Below are positions 1 to 7,545 of a stretch of 9,869 bases of DNA, in pieces (positions within the stretch are counted from its first letter, which is position 1; every line of letters begins with the position of its first letter). The DNA is from Longivirga aurantiaca. Lineage in GTDB: Bacteria; Actinomycetota; Actinomycetes; S36-B12; CAIYMF01. Under the pieces are notes generated by a model, which ran no database searches, had not been told where the DNA came from, and was given only the letters and a program-made list of their open reading frames with translations. The position numbers were made by a program, and so were the translations under genes. The stretch spans positions 1-9,869 of the forward strand of contig NZ_JBHSTI010000071.1 of assembly GCF_042660085.1 (NCBI RefSeq), written 5' to 3'.

Positions 1-1731
1 GTGAACTGCCTGCACGTGCTCGACGAGCTGCGCCCGCTCGAGGAGAAGTACGCCGACGTCCTCGTGACCATCGGCGTCCACTCGCCGAAGTTCGTGCACG
101 AGGCCGAGCACGCAGCGGTCGTCGCGGCGGTCGAGAGGTACGGCGTCCACCACCCGGTGCTCGACGACCCCGACCTCGAGACGTGGAAGCAGTACGCCGT
201 CCGCGCGTGGCCGACCCTCACCGTCGTCGACCCCGAGGGCTACGTCGTGGCGCAGATGAGCGGCGAGGGCCACGCCCACGCGCTCGACGCCTTGATCGCC
301 GAGCTCGTGGCCGAGCACGAGGGCAAGGGCACCCTGCACCGCGGAGACGGGCCGTACGTCGCGCCCCCGCCCAGCGACGACCTCCTGTCGTTCCCCGGCA
401 AGGTGCTGGTGCTCGATGACGGCACGCTGCTGGTGAGCGACACGGCGCACCACTCCCTCGCCCATCTCGATGCGGACGGTGAGACGCTCATCCGCCGGAT
501 CGGTTCGGGCGCAAGGGGTCTCATCGATGGCCCGGCCGGGACAGCCCAGTTCTCCGAGCCGAACGGCCTGCTCCTGCTGCCGCCCGCCGTCGCCGAGCGG
601 GTGGGGTACGACGTGATCGTGGCCGACACCGTGAACCACGCGATCCGCGGTGTGGTTCTGGCGACTGGCGAGGTGCGCACCCTCGCGGGCACCGGCGCTC
701 AGTGGATGCAGGGCGAGCCGACCTCTGGCGCCGCGCTCGACGTCGCGCTCTCGAGCCCGTGGGACGTCGCGTGGTTCGACGACGGCGTCCTCATCGCGAT
801 GGCCGGCGTGCACCGCCTCGACCGGCTCGACCTCGCGACCGGCGAGGTGCACGCGTACGCCGGCACCACCAACGAGGGTCTCGTCGACGGCGAGCTGCCG
901 CACGCATGGTTCGCGCAGACCAGCGGGCTCGCGACGAGCGCCGAGGGCAGCACGCTGTGGCTCGCGGACTCGGAGACCTCGGCGCTGCGCCGGGTGCGCA
1001 ACGGGCTCGTCGCCACCGAGATCGGTGCCGGCCTGTTCGACTTCGGCCACCGGGACGGCGCGGCCGAGCAGGCGCTGCTCCAGCACCCGCTGGGTGTGTG
1101 CGAGCTGCCCGACGGCTCGGTGGCCATCGCCGACACCTACAACGGGGCGGTGCGTCGCTTCGACCCCGCGACCCGCGAGGTCTCCACGCTCGCAACAGGT
1201 CTCGCCGAGCCGAGCGATCTCGCGGTGGTCGCCGACGACACCCGGGGCCACGTGCTGCTCGTCGTCGAGTCGGCCGCGCACCGGCTCGTGCGCATCGCGC
1301 TGCCGGACGAGGCCCTGCGCGTCGAGGGGACGGCGTACCGCACCCGGCGGCCACCGACCGATGTCGCTCCCGGACCGCTCGACCTCGAGGTGCTGTTCAC
1401 GCCTCCCGCCGGTCAGAAGCTCGACGACCGGTACGGGCCCTCGACGTACCTCGTGGTGTCGGCGTCACCGCCCTCGCTGCTCGTGGACGGCACGGGCAGC
1501 GGCACCGACCTGCGGCGCGGGCTGGTGCTCGCCGACCCGGCGGCGACAGGTGCCGAGTCCGGTGTGCTGCATGTGTCGGTGCGTGCGGCGTCGTGCGACG
1601 ACCCGGACGCTCCGGGTGCGGCCGAGTTCCCTGCCTGCCATGTGCACCAGCAGGACTGGGGTGTGCCGGTACGACTCACGGCCGAGGGCGGCTCGCGCCT
1701 GGCGCTCGTGCTGGCGGGTCTCGACGCCTGA
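1..1731 (+). CDS. Thioredoxin-like (TlpA/redoxin-type) domain fused to a six-bladed NHL-repeat beta-propeller and a C-terminal beta-rich domain (NHLRC2-like architecture). The 5' end is truncated by the window edge.
   Basis: The frame is open from base 1, so the GTG at position 1 is probably an internal Val. The N-terminus xNCLHVLDEL...VTIGVHSPKFVHE...WPTLTVVDPEG matches the redoxin pattern C-x-N-C...IGVHS.KF..E...WPT. The first Cys of the CxxC would lie just outside the window. Six NHL-like blades are readable: FPGKVLVLDDGTLLVSDTAHHSLAHLD, FSEPNGLLLL..VIVADTVNHAIRGV, LSSPWDVAWFDDGVLIAMAGVHRLDRLD, FAQTSGLATSAEGSTLWLADSETSALRRV, LQHPLGVCELPDGSVAIADTYNGAVRRFD, LAEPSDLAVVADD..LLVVESAAHRLVRI. Third codon positions are strongly G/C. 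The stop TGA is at 1729-1731. Confidence 0.85.
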   Translation: MNCLHVLDELRPLEEKYADVLVTIGVHSPKFVHEAEHAAVVAAVERYGVHHPVLDDPDLETWKQYAVRAWPTLTVVDPEGYVVAQMSGEGHAHALDALIAELVAEHEGKGTLHRGDGPYVAPPPSDDLLSFPGKVLVLDDGTLLVSDTAHHSLAHLDADGETLIRRIGSGARGLIDGPAGTAQFSEPNGLLLLPPAVAERVGYDVIVADTVNHAIRGVVLATGEVRTLAGTGAQWMQGEPTSGAALDVALSSPWDVAWFDDGVLIAMAGVHRLDRLDLATGEVHAYAGTTNEGLVDGELPHAWFAQTSGLATSAEGSTLWLADSETSALRRVRNGLVATEIGAGLFDFGHRDGAAEQALLQHPLGVCELPDGSVAIADTYNGAVRRFDPATREVSTLATGLAEPSDLAVVADDTRGHVLLVVESAAHRLVRIALPDEALRVEGTAYRTRRPPTDVAPGPLDLEVLFTPPAGQKLDDRYGPSTYLVVSASPPSLLVDGTGSGTDLRRGLVLADPAATGAESGVLHVSVRAASCDDPDAPGAAEFPACHVHQQDWGVPVRLTAEGGSRLALVLAGLDA

Positions 1732-1740
1732 CCGCGCGGC

Positions 1741-1746
1741 TAGGCT
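1741..1746 (+). promoter_or_regulatory. Candidate -10 hexamer TAGGCT, 6 nt upstream of the ATG at 1753. This suggests a leaderless transcript for the isochorismatase-family gene.
   Basis: The sequence reads ggcTAGGCTcgcgtcATG. It matches the actinobacterial TANNNT -10 pattern. There is no Shine-Dalgarno in the 21-nt gap after the upstream stop, and I found no convincing -35. Confidence 0.35.
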
Positions 1747-1752
1747 CGCGTC

Positions 1753-2340
1753 ATGCCGCACCTCGACGTGAGCGACTGCGTCCTCGTGGTCATCGACGCG
1801 CAGCCGGGCTTCTACCCGCCGTCGCGCCTCGACGTCGACCGGGCCCAGTTCGCGTCCGCGCTCGACCGGGCGGCGTGGGTCGCGGGCCTCGCCTCCGCGC
1901 TCGGTGCGCCGGCCGTGCTGACCGAGGAGGACGCGCCCACCAACGGCCCGACGTACGAAGCCATCACACGCGTGCTGCCGCCAGCCTCCCCGGTGCTCGT
2001 CAAGCAGGTCTTCGGGGCCGACGCGAACCCGGAGATCGACTTAGCCGTCAGGCGTCACGGCCGGTCAGCGGTCGTGCTCGTGGGCCTCGAGACCGACGTC
2101 TGCGTGGCGCACTCCGCGATCGGATGGAGTGCGGCCGGTGTCCGCGTGGTCGTGGTCCACGACGCCGTCTACTCGGCCGGGGCGGGGCACGTGAACGGCA
2201 TCGCGCGCCTGCGGGCGGAGGGCGTGGAGCTGCTGTCGGCGAAGGAGCTCTACTACGAGTGGCTGCGCGACCTGCCGAGCGTGCGCGCGTTCGACGCCGC
2301 GCACCCGGACCTCGCCACGCCGCCCGGCTTCTCGCTCTGA
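1753..2340 (+). CDS. Isochorismatase-family cysteine hydrolase
   Basis: The 195-aa product carries the family's Asp-Lys-Cys signature in the usual order: VLVVIDAQ (Asp15), VLVKQVFGA (Lys84), VLVGLETDVCVAHSA (Cys117, codon tgc at 2101-2103). G/C is high at third codon positions. Confidence 0.85.
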   Translation: MPHLDVSDCVLVVIDAQPGFYPPSRLDVDRAQFASALDRAAWVAGLASALGAPAVLTEEDAPTNGPTYEAITRVLPPASPVLVKQVFGADANPEIDLAVRRHGRSAVVLVGLETDVCVAHSAIGWSAAGVRVVVVHDAVYSAGAGHVNGIARLRAEGVELLSAKELYYEWLRDLPSVRAFDAAHPDLATPPGFSL

Positions 2341-2382
2341 CCCTCGCCTCGTTGTCGCCTGCCGTCCGCCACACTGACGGTC

Positions 2383-2892
2383 ATGGACGACGACGCCTCT
2401 CCCGAGCCGGGCCACGACGATCTGCGCGTCGAGGCGGCGCGCGAGGTCGTGACGATGGCGCTGTACCAGAGCCTTTCGATCCTCGCCGTGCTCCTCGCGA
2501 CGCCGACGCCGAGCGCCGAGGGTGCCAACATCCGCGTCGCGATCACGGTGTTCCTCACGGGGCTCGGCCTGCTCCTCGCCCACCACGTGGCGTTCCGTCT
2601 CTCGAGCCGGCTGGTGAACCAGGGCCTGCTCAGCGACGCGAGCCTCCGCCTGCTGCGGGCACAGGCGATCGGCGGGCTGCCGATCGTCGTGGGGGCGGCG
2701 ATCCCGCCCCTCCTGCTCGGCGCCGACGTCGGCACCACTGTGAGCGAGGTGCTGCTGCTCGTGCTCGTCGGTCTGGTGGGCTACCGCGCCGTCCGACCCG
2801 CGCGCGACCGTCGGCAGGCGCTCGGCTACCTCGTCGGCCTGCTGGTGCTGGTGGGCCTGCTCATGGTGCTCAAGACCGCCGTCGGCCACTGA
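2383..2892 (+). CDS. Hypothetical integral membrane protein (about 4 predicted TM helices) with an acidic N-terminal tail
   Basis: The 169-aa product has hydrophobic segments ALYQSLSILAVLLA, IRVAITVFLTGLGLLLAHHVAF, IGGLPIVVGAAIPPLLLGA and VLLLVLVGLVGY...LVGLLVLVGLLMVL. Codon bias is coding-like. I do not recognise a family. It is co-directional with the two upstream genes, with a 42-nt gap. Confidence 0.7.
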   Translation: MDDDASPEPGHDDLRVEAAREVVTMALYQSLSILAVLLATPTPSAEGANIRVAITVFLTGLGLLLAHHVAFRLSSRLVNQGLLSDASLRLLRAQAIGGLPIVVGAAIPPLLLGADVGTTVSEVLLLVLVGLVGYRAVRPARDRRQALGYLVGLLVLVGLLMVLKTAVGH

Positions 2893-2911
2893 CCGCGGCG
2901 CCCTGCACGGG

Positions 2912-4636
2912 TCAGTAGTTGTCGAGGGTGGGGATGAGGGCGGTCAGGCGGGTGCTGTCGTCCGCCGTCCAGCCCGGCGGCTCAGACACCTCGGCCCAGA
3001 ACCCGGCCATGGAGTCGCCGTAGTTGTGACCCTGCCCCTGAGGCACGGCGACTCCCATGAACTGGTCGACCGTCACCTGCAGGAACGTGATCACGGGGTA
3101 CCACCGCATGTCCGGGCTCCGGCCCGGGCCCGGAGGCTCCTTGAGCCAGTCCGGCTGCTGCGCGATCAGCGCGGGGGACCACCACACGACGGAGTCGTTG
3201 GCATGCTGGACGTACAGCACCTTCGGGTCTCCCCACGGCCCGGCCGGCTTCGCCATGTCGTCCACGACGCCGGCGAACCGCACGGTCTGGCCACCCTCGT
3301 AGACCGGCTGCCACTGCGGGCTTCCGGTCTCGCGGTCCGCAGCGATCTGGCCCCACGGCTGGCTGAAGTTCGGCGTGCCGACGAACACCGCGCCGTCGCT
3401 CTGCGCCGAGATCGACGCCGCGTCCGGGAACGCCGACTGCAGCGAGAACGATCCGAGCGACAGGCCGCAGCCGAACAGCTTCGGCCGCGACGCCTCGGGA
3501 AGCGTCTGCACCTTGTCGTACACCGCAGTCCAGACGGCCTGTCCGGCCGCCCGGGCATCGTCGACGTCGACGAGGGTCGAGATCCACGACGGCAGGTACG
3601 AGTACTGGATACCCACGATCGCGGAGTCGCCGTTCCACTGGTACTCCAGCGCGTTGGCGGTCTGCGGCTCGATCCAGCCGGTGCCCGTAGTACCGCACAC
3701 GAACAGTGCCGCGCGGTCGAAGCCGCCTGCGCGCTCGAGGTCCTGCACCGCGAGCGCCGCGCGAGCCTGCGGGGTGTCGGCGCTGTTGAGGCCGGCGTAC
3801 ACGCGTACCGGGGTCTTCGCCGGCTCGCCGTTGAACGCCGTGAGCTCCTCGGCGCTCGGGCCGCGCGCGACGAAGTTGCGACCCTCGAATCCGAGGCTGT
3901 CCCACGCGATCAGAGACTGCGGCGAGCCGGACACCTCGGGCTGCTGCGGCTCGGTCACGCCCTCGGCGGTCGAGGTGAGGCTTCCGGAGTACAACCGGTC
4001 GGCCAGCGCGGAGAAGCCCTTGAACAGCACGTCCGTGACGGCGAGGTAGACCAGGAGCGCGATCACGAGCGAGGCGAGGACGAACGCCACCGGGGCGGGC
4101 AGCCAGCGGTCGAGCTTGGACCCGACCCAGCGGTTGAGCCGGCGTAGGCCCCTGCCGACGAACACCGCGCCGATCGCGGTCGGGATGGCGACGACCCCGA
4201 CCACGAGCGCCCAGAGGTAGCCCTCGTCCTCGAACCCGACGGCCTCGCGCACGCCGTTCTGCCAGTACGTGCCGAGCAGCAGGTTCGTGATCACGAGCAG
4301 GACGGCCCAGATCGCGAGCACGCGCCAGGCCCACGTCTTGAACCGCGGCGAGAACTCGCGCAGCGGCGTGAGGCGGATCAGCCAGCTGATGAGACAGCCG
4401 AGGCCGTAGCCGAGCGCGGCGCCGAGGCCCGCGATGACACCCTCGAAGATCCAGGGGCGGGGCAGCAGCGACGGGGTCAGCGCCCAGCCGAAGCTCGTGA
4501 CGGCCATGAAGATGCCGAGGAAGTTCGGGCGCTTCCACCAGGGGCGGCGTGCCGCCGGCGTGGCCGGACCGGCCGGGGCGCTGTCGCCGGTGTCGTCGGT
4601 CAGGGTGCTGCCGCCACCGGATGCGTCGCTGCTCAC
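2912..4636 (-). CDS. Membrane-anchored alpha/beta hydrolase: N-terminal polytopic membrane domain plus C-terminal hydrolase domain (Abhydrolase_9_N / Abhydrolase_9 architecture)
   Basis: The 574-aa product starts at a GTG. The N-terminal ~200 aa contain several TM helices (FLGIFMAVTSFGWAL, IFEGVIAGLGAALGYGLGCLISWLI, VLAIWAVLLVITNLLLG, LWALVVGVVAIPTAIGAVFV, VAFVLASLVIALLVYLAV). The C-terminal domain has a nucleophile-elbow GxSxG motif, G-L-S-L-G, at aa 391-395 (Ser393 codon at 3458-3460). The family assignment is from memory of the conserved actinobacterial 'alpha/beta-hydrolase family membrane protein'. Confidence 0.85.
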   Translation of the reverse strand: MSSDASGGGSTLTDDTGDSAPAGPATPAARRPWWKRPNFLGIFMAVTSFGWALTPSLLPRPWIFEGVIAGLGAALGYGLGCLISWLIRLTPLREFSPRFKTWAWRVLAIWAVLLVITNLLLGTYWQNGVREAVGFEDEGYLWALVVGVVAIPTAIGAVFVGRGLRRLNRWVGSKLDRWLPAPVAFVLASLVIALLVYLAVTDVLFKGFSALADRLYSGSLTSTAEGVTEPQQPEVSGSPQSLIAWDSLGFEGRNFVARGPSAEELTAFNGEPAKTPVRVYAGLNSADTPQARAALAVQDLERAGGFDRAALFVCGTTGTGWIEPQTANALEYQWNGDSAIVGIQYSYLPSWISTLVDVDDARAAGQAVWTAVYDKVQTLPEASRPKLFGCGLSLGSFSLQSAFPDAASISAQSDGAVFVGTPNFSQPWGQIAADRETGSPQWQPVYEGGQTVRFAGVVDDMAKPAGPWGDPKVLYVQHANDSVVWWSPALIAQQPDWLKEPPGPGRSPDMRWYPVITFLQVTVDQFMGVAVPQGQGHNYGDSMAGFWAEVSEPPGWTADDSTRLTALIPTLDNY

Positions 4637-4643
4637 GGCGATG

Positions 4644-4649
4644 AGACTA
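4644..4649 (-). promoter_or_regulatory. Candidate -10 hexamer TAGTCT, 7 nt upstream of the GTG start at 4636 (leaderless configuration)
   Basis: The minus strand reads CCCTAGTCTCATCGCCGTG. It matches TANNNT, and there is no Shine-Dalgarno between it and the start. Confidence 0.4.
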
Positions 4650-4696
4650 GGGCGACGTGCGAGGCGGCCGGACGTGTACCCGTGAAACGTGGCAGT

Positions 4697-5989
4697 TCAG
4701 ATGGGCGTGGTGGGTGGCTGTGCCACCGGGTCGAGCACCGTGCGCGCGTCCACCCGCACGACCGTCCCGGGCTCGCCCACGATCTCCGCCCCGGATCCCC
4801 GCGCACGTCGATGCCGCCGGTACACCACCGCGGCGAGTGCGCTGAAGAACGCCGTGAGCACGCCGCCGCCGATCAGGCCGGAGCGTGGGCCGAAGGCCTC
4901 GGCGGCCCAGCCGATCACGGGCGCGCCGATCGGCGTACCGCCGAAGAAGACCAGGGTGTAGATGCCCATCACCCGGCCGCGGACCCAGCCCTCGCTGCGG
5001 CTCTGCAGGTAGGTCTGCACGGACGTCGTGAACGTCATGGCGGTGATGCCGGCGAACGGGAGGAGCAGCAGGATCGAGGCGTACGTCGGGGCGAAGCCGA
5101 CGACGATCTCCACGCAGCCGAACACGACGGCCGAGGCGACCACCAGCCGCAGCGGCACGTGCACCCGGCGAGCGGCGAGAAGCGACCCGGCGAGGGCGCC
5201 GAGCGCGAGCGCGGTCGACATGAGGCCGAAGGCCTCGGCGCCGACGCCGTACTCGAGCCGGGCCATGAGCGCCATGGTCATCTGGTAGTTCAGGCCGAAC
5301 GTCGCGACGACGAAGGCGAGGCAGAGCGCGAGCACCATGTCGGAGTTGCGGCGGACGTAGGCGAGGCCCTGCCGCAGCCTGACGGAGCCCTCCTGGCGCC
5401 GCTGCGGCCGCAGCTCGGAGGTGCGCATCGCGAGCAGCGCAGCGATGGTGACGGCGAATGACAGCCCGTTGAGGACGAACACCCAGCCGCTGCCGAGAAC
5501 GGCGACGAGCACGCCCGCGAGCGCGGGGCCGACGAGCCGCGCGAGGTTGAACGACGCGCTGTTGAGCGCGATCGCGTTCGGGAGCGAGTCCTTGCCGACG
5601 ATCTCGTTGACGAAGGCCTGCCGCGCGGGGTTGTCGAAGGCGCTCGCCACTCCGAGCGCGAAGGCCATGAGGTAGACGATCCCCACCGTCGCGAGGCCGG
5701 CGAGCGCGAGGACGCCGAGGAGGATCGCCAGCAGCCCCATCACGGCCTGCGTGACCACGAGCAGCTTGCGGCGCGGGATGCGGTCGGCGAGCGTCCCGCC
5801 CCACAGCGAGAAGAGCAGGTAGGGCAGGAACTGCAGCCCGGTGGTGATGCCGAGGGCGACGCCGGAGGAGCCCGACAGGTCGAGCACGAGCCAGTCCTGG
5901 GCCACGCGCTGCATCCAGGTGCCGGCGTTCGACAGCACCTGCCCGCCGAAGTAGAGGCGGTAGTTGCGCACCTCGAGTGCGCGGAACAT
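4697..5989 (-). CDS. MFS transporter, MFS_3 / EntS-like ('transmembrane secretion effector') subfamily; probable efflux pump
   Basis: I placed the start at the internal ATG at 5989, giving 430 aa. The product MFRALEVRNYRLYFGGQVLSNAGTWMQRVAQDWLVLDL... is a typical MFS_3 N-terminus and is followed by about 12 hydrophobic helices. The 33 extra residues of the tracked ORF are Arg/Pro/Gly-rich and overlap the MarR 3' end. The start lies 5 nt after the MarR stop at 5995-5997, which suggests an operon. Confidence 0.85.
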   Translation of the reverse strand: MFRALEVRNYRLYFGGQVLSNAGTWMQRVAQDWLVLDLSGSSGVALGITTGLQFLPYLLFSLWGGTLADRIPRRKLLVVTQAVMGLLAILLGVLALAGLATVGIVYLMAFALGVASAFDNPARQAFVNEIVGKDSLPNAIALNSASFNLARLVGPALAGVLVAVLGSGWVFVLNGLSFAVTIAALLAMRTSELRPQRRQEGSVRLRQGLAYVRRNSDMVLALCLAFVVATFGLNYQMTMALMARLEYGVGAEAFGLMSTALALGALAGSLLAARRVHVPLRLVVASAVVFGCVEIVVGFAPTYASILLLLPFAGITAMTFTTSVQTYLQSRSEGWVRGRVMGIYTLVFFGGTPIGAPVIGWAAEAFGPRSGLIGGGVLTAFFSALAAVVYRRHRRARGSGAEIVGEPGTVVRVDARTVLDPVAQPPTTPI

Positions 5990-5994
5990 GGGGG

Positions 5995-6429
5995 TCACGA
6001 GTCGGCGAGCACCTCCAGCACGGGGAGGGCGGCCGCGAGCGCCTCGCGCTGCTGGGAGGTCAGCCCGACCAGGTGGGTGGCGAGCCACTCGTCGCGGCGC
6101 CGACGGTCCTCGCGGAGCATCTTGGCTGCCTTCGGCGTGAGCGACACGAGCTGCTGGCGGCCGTCGGCCGGGTCGGCCACCCGGTCGACGAGGCCGGCCT
6201 CCGCCAGGTTGGCCAGCACCTTCGTCATGGTCGGCGGTCGCACCTGCTCGTGCTGCGCGAGGGCGCCCGGCGTCAGCGGGCCGAGCCGGTCGAGGGTGGC
6301 GAGCACGCTGATCTGACCGAGCGGGATGCCGTGGTCGGCGCGCTGCTGACGCAGCCGTCGGGCCAGGCGCATCGTGGCCAGCCGGAGGTCGTGCGCGAGG
6401 TCGGCGGTGACGGCGGGGCTCGGAGACAT
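5995..6429 (-). CDS. MarR-family winged-helix transcriptional regulator
   Basis: LGQISVLATLDRLGPLTPGALAQHEQVRPPTMTKVLANLAEAGLVDRVADPADGRQQLVSLTPKA is a canonical MarR wHTH plus wing. I chose the start at ATG 6429 (144 aa) for two reasons. Codons upstream (TTA, GTT, CTA) are atypical for this genome. A TATGCT -10 also sits 7 nt upstream. Alternative in-frame ATGs are at 6441, 6459 and 6498. Confidence 0.8.
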   Translation of the reverse strand: MSPSPAVTADLAHDLRLATMRLARRLRQQRADHGIPLGQISVLATLDRLGPLTPGALAQHEQVRPPTMTKVLANLAEAGLVDRVADPADGRQQLVSLTPKAAKMLREDRRRRDEWLATHLVGLTSQQREALAAALPVLEVLADS

Positions 6430-6431
6430 GT

Positions 6432-6450
6432 TCGTTAGCATAACTAACGA
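6432..6450. promoter_or_regulatory. Perfect 7-5-7 inverted repeat TCGTTAG-CATAA-CTAACGA; candidate MarR operator overlapping the -10 and the transcription start of the marR-MFS operon
   Basis: I read it directly: 6432-6438 TCGTTAG and 6444-6450 CTAACGA are reverse complements. It lies in the most AT-rich patch of the window. MarR dimers typically bind such palindromes at their own promoters. Confidence 0.5.
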
Positions 6451-6465
6451 TCGGTCCATCGCCAA
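6437..6465 (-). promoter_or_regulatory. Candidate sigma-70-type promoter of the marR-MFS operon: -35 TTGGCG, 17-nt spacer, -10 TATGCT
   Basis: The minus strand reads TTGGCG (6465-6460), 17 nt, TATGCT (6442-6437), AACGAAC, then ATG at 6429. The ATG is 7 nt after the -10, which suggests a leaderless mRNA. Confidence 0.5.
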
Positions 6466-6487
6466 CCGGGTTGTCCGTTGGAATGGA

Positions 6488-6540
6488 GGACGGAACACGC
6501 CCGTGAACGGCGCTGCCCGTCCTGATGGGGTGGGATCAGG
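6488..6540 (-). terminator. Two adjacent GC hairpins immediately downstream of the sua5 stop; candidate terminator
   Basis: On the minus strand, CCTGAT-CCCACCCC-ATCAGG (6540-6521) has a 6-bp stem and a C-rich 8-nt loop. It is followed by GGACGG...CCGTCC (6522-6488), a 6-bp outer stem with an inner CGCC/GGCG stem. There is no U-tract. Confidence 0.3.
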
Positions 6541-6549
6541 CCGGGGGAG

Positions 6550-7545
6550 TCAGCGGGCGGAGCCGACGGCGGCGCGGCGCAGGCGGTCGAGGACGGCGTC
6601 GGCGAGCGCTCCGCCGCCGGGCGCGATCGCGACCACGGTGCGGACGGCACGGGCGTCGGCCTCGCGCAGGGCGGCGTACAGGGCGCGGGCGTACGCCGCG
6701 GAGTCCGTCGGCGAGGCCAGCCGCACGACCCCGGCCGGTGTCGCGACGTCGGCGGGGGCCAGCAGCGCGACCGGCGCGGACGCCGAGGCGACGGCGTCCG
6801 CGACGGCGTCCGCGGCCGCGTCCGCCAGGACGACCTGGGCCGACGGCGCGTAGTGGGCCGCGAGGGTTCCTGGTGCCCGCACCGACGTATCGGCCGCCTC
6901 GACGTCCAGACCGGTGACCGCCTCGATCTCCTCGACGCCGACCGCGCCGGGGCGCAGCAGCCGGGGCGCCGGGCCCGTGCAGTCGACGATCGTCGACTCC
7001 ACCCCGACGTCGCTGGCGGCACCGACCAGGACGGCGTCGCGACCGGGCTCGAGGACGTCGCCGAGCTCGTCGAGCACGTGCGCGGAGTCGGTGGGGCTGA
7101 CACGGCCGAATCGGTTGGCGCTCGGTGCCGCGACGCCACCGCCGAAGGCGACGAGCAGCGCGTGCGCCACCGGGTGCGCGGGCACCCGCAGACCGACCGT
7201 CCCCTGGCCGCCCGTCACGTGGTCGCCGGCGCGCGGCCCACGCGGCAGCACGAGGGTGAGCGGGCCTGGCCAGCACGCGGCTGCGAGCAGGAGCGCGTAC
7301 GGCGGGACGTCGACGGCCCAGCCGTCGTGCACGGCCTCGGCGTCGGCGAGGTGGACGATGAGCGGGTGGTCGGCCGGACGCCCCTTGGCCGCGTAGACGC
7401 GTGCGACCGCCGCCGGGTCCTCGGCGTCGGCCCCGAGCCCGTAGACCGTCTCGGTGGGGAGGGCGACGAGCCCGCCGGCCCGCAGCAGCCGTACGGCGGC
7501 GTCGACGTCGCTCGTCAGCAGCGCGTCACGCCGGGCCTGGTCCAC
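6550..7545 (-). CDS. sua5: L-threonylcarbamoyladenylate synthase, long Sua5/YwlC type (YrdC-like domain plus C-terminal SUA5 domain); first step of tRNA t6A37 synthesis
   Basis: The 331-aa product contains GGLVALPTETVYGLGADAEDPAAVARVYAAKGRPADHPLIVHLAD and VGLRVPAHPVAHALL, which are canonical YrdC/Sua5 motifs. A C-terminal ~100-aa extension fits the SUA5 domain. The start is GTG at 7545, preceded by GAGGA with a 7-nt spacing. Confidence 0.9.
   Translation of the reverse strand: MDQARRDALLTSDVDAAVRLLRAGGLVALPTETVYGLGADAEDPAAVARVYAAKGRPADHPLIVHLADAEAVHDGWAVDVPPYALLLAAACWPGPLTLVLPRGPRAGDHVTGGQGTVGLRVPAHPVAHALLVAFGGGVAAPSANRFGRVSPTDSAHVLDELGDVLEPGRDAVLVGAASDVGVESTIVDCTGPAPRLLRPGAVGVEEIEAVTGLDVEAADTSVRAPGTLAAHYAPSAQVVLADAAADAVADAVASASAPVALLAPADVATPAGVVRLASPTDSAAYARALYAALREADARAVRTVVAIAPGGGALADAVLDRLRRAAVGSAR

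Noticed and set aside
2065-2889. A 274-aa minus-strand ORF antisense to the isochorismatase-family and membrane-protein genes, and similar antisense ORFs at 240-692, 699-1136, 3375-4049, 3026-4147, 2982-4538, 4647-5804, 6444-7139, 6536-7276, 6853-7614 and 8493-8879.
   Set aside because: All are antisense or off-frame to genes with clear family signatures. Their compositions are low-complexity (Ser/Thr/Ala-rich or Arg/Pro/Gly-rich, His/Gln/Asp/Glu runs) and they lack the third-position G/C bias of the genuine frames.
2888-2916. An inverted repeat ACTGACC...GGTCAGT embedding both convergent stop codons (membrane protein and hydrolase).
   Set aside because: The stem is only 7 bp, with a 15-nt loop that has no internal pairing. 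This is within chance expectation and too weak to call a terminator.
702-2918. A 738-aa plus-strand ORF spanning three genes, together with the related 373-aa ORF at 650-1771.
   Set aside because: The product is extremely rich in Arg, Ala, Gly and Pro and has no recognisable motifs. It runs off-frame through three well-supported CDSs and across their intergenic gaps. This is a typical stop-codon-poor shadow frame of high-GC DNA.
5990-6088. The N-terminal 33-aa extension of the MFS ORF, with analogous extensions of the LytR_C ORF (8404-8571) and the MarR ORF (6430-6498).
   Set aside because: The extensions overlap the 3' end of the upstream gene or the promoter/operator region. They are Arg/Pro-rich or use codons that are rare here (TTA, GTT, CTA). 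Canonical family N-termini begin at the internal starts.
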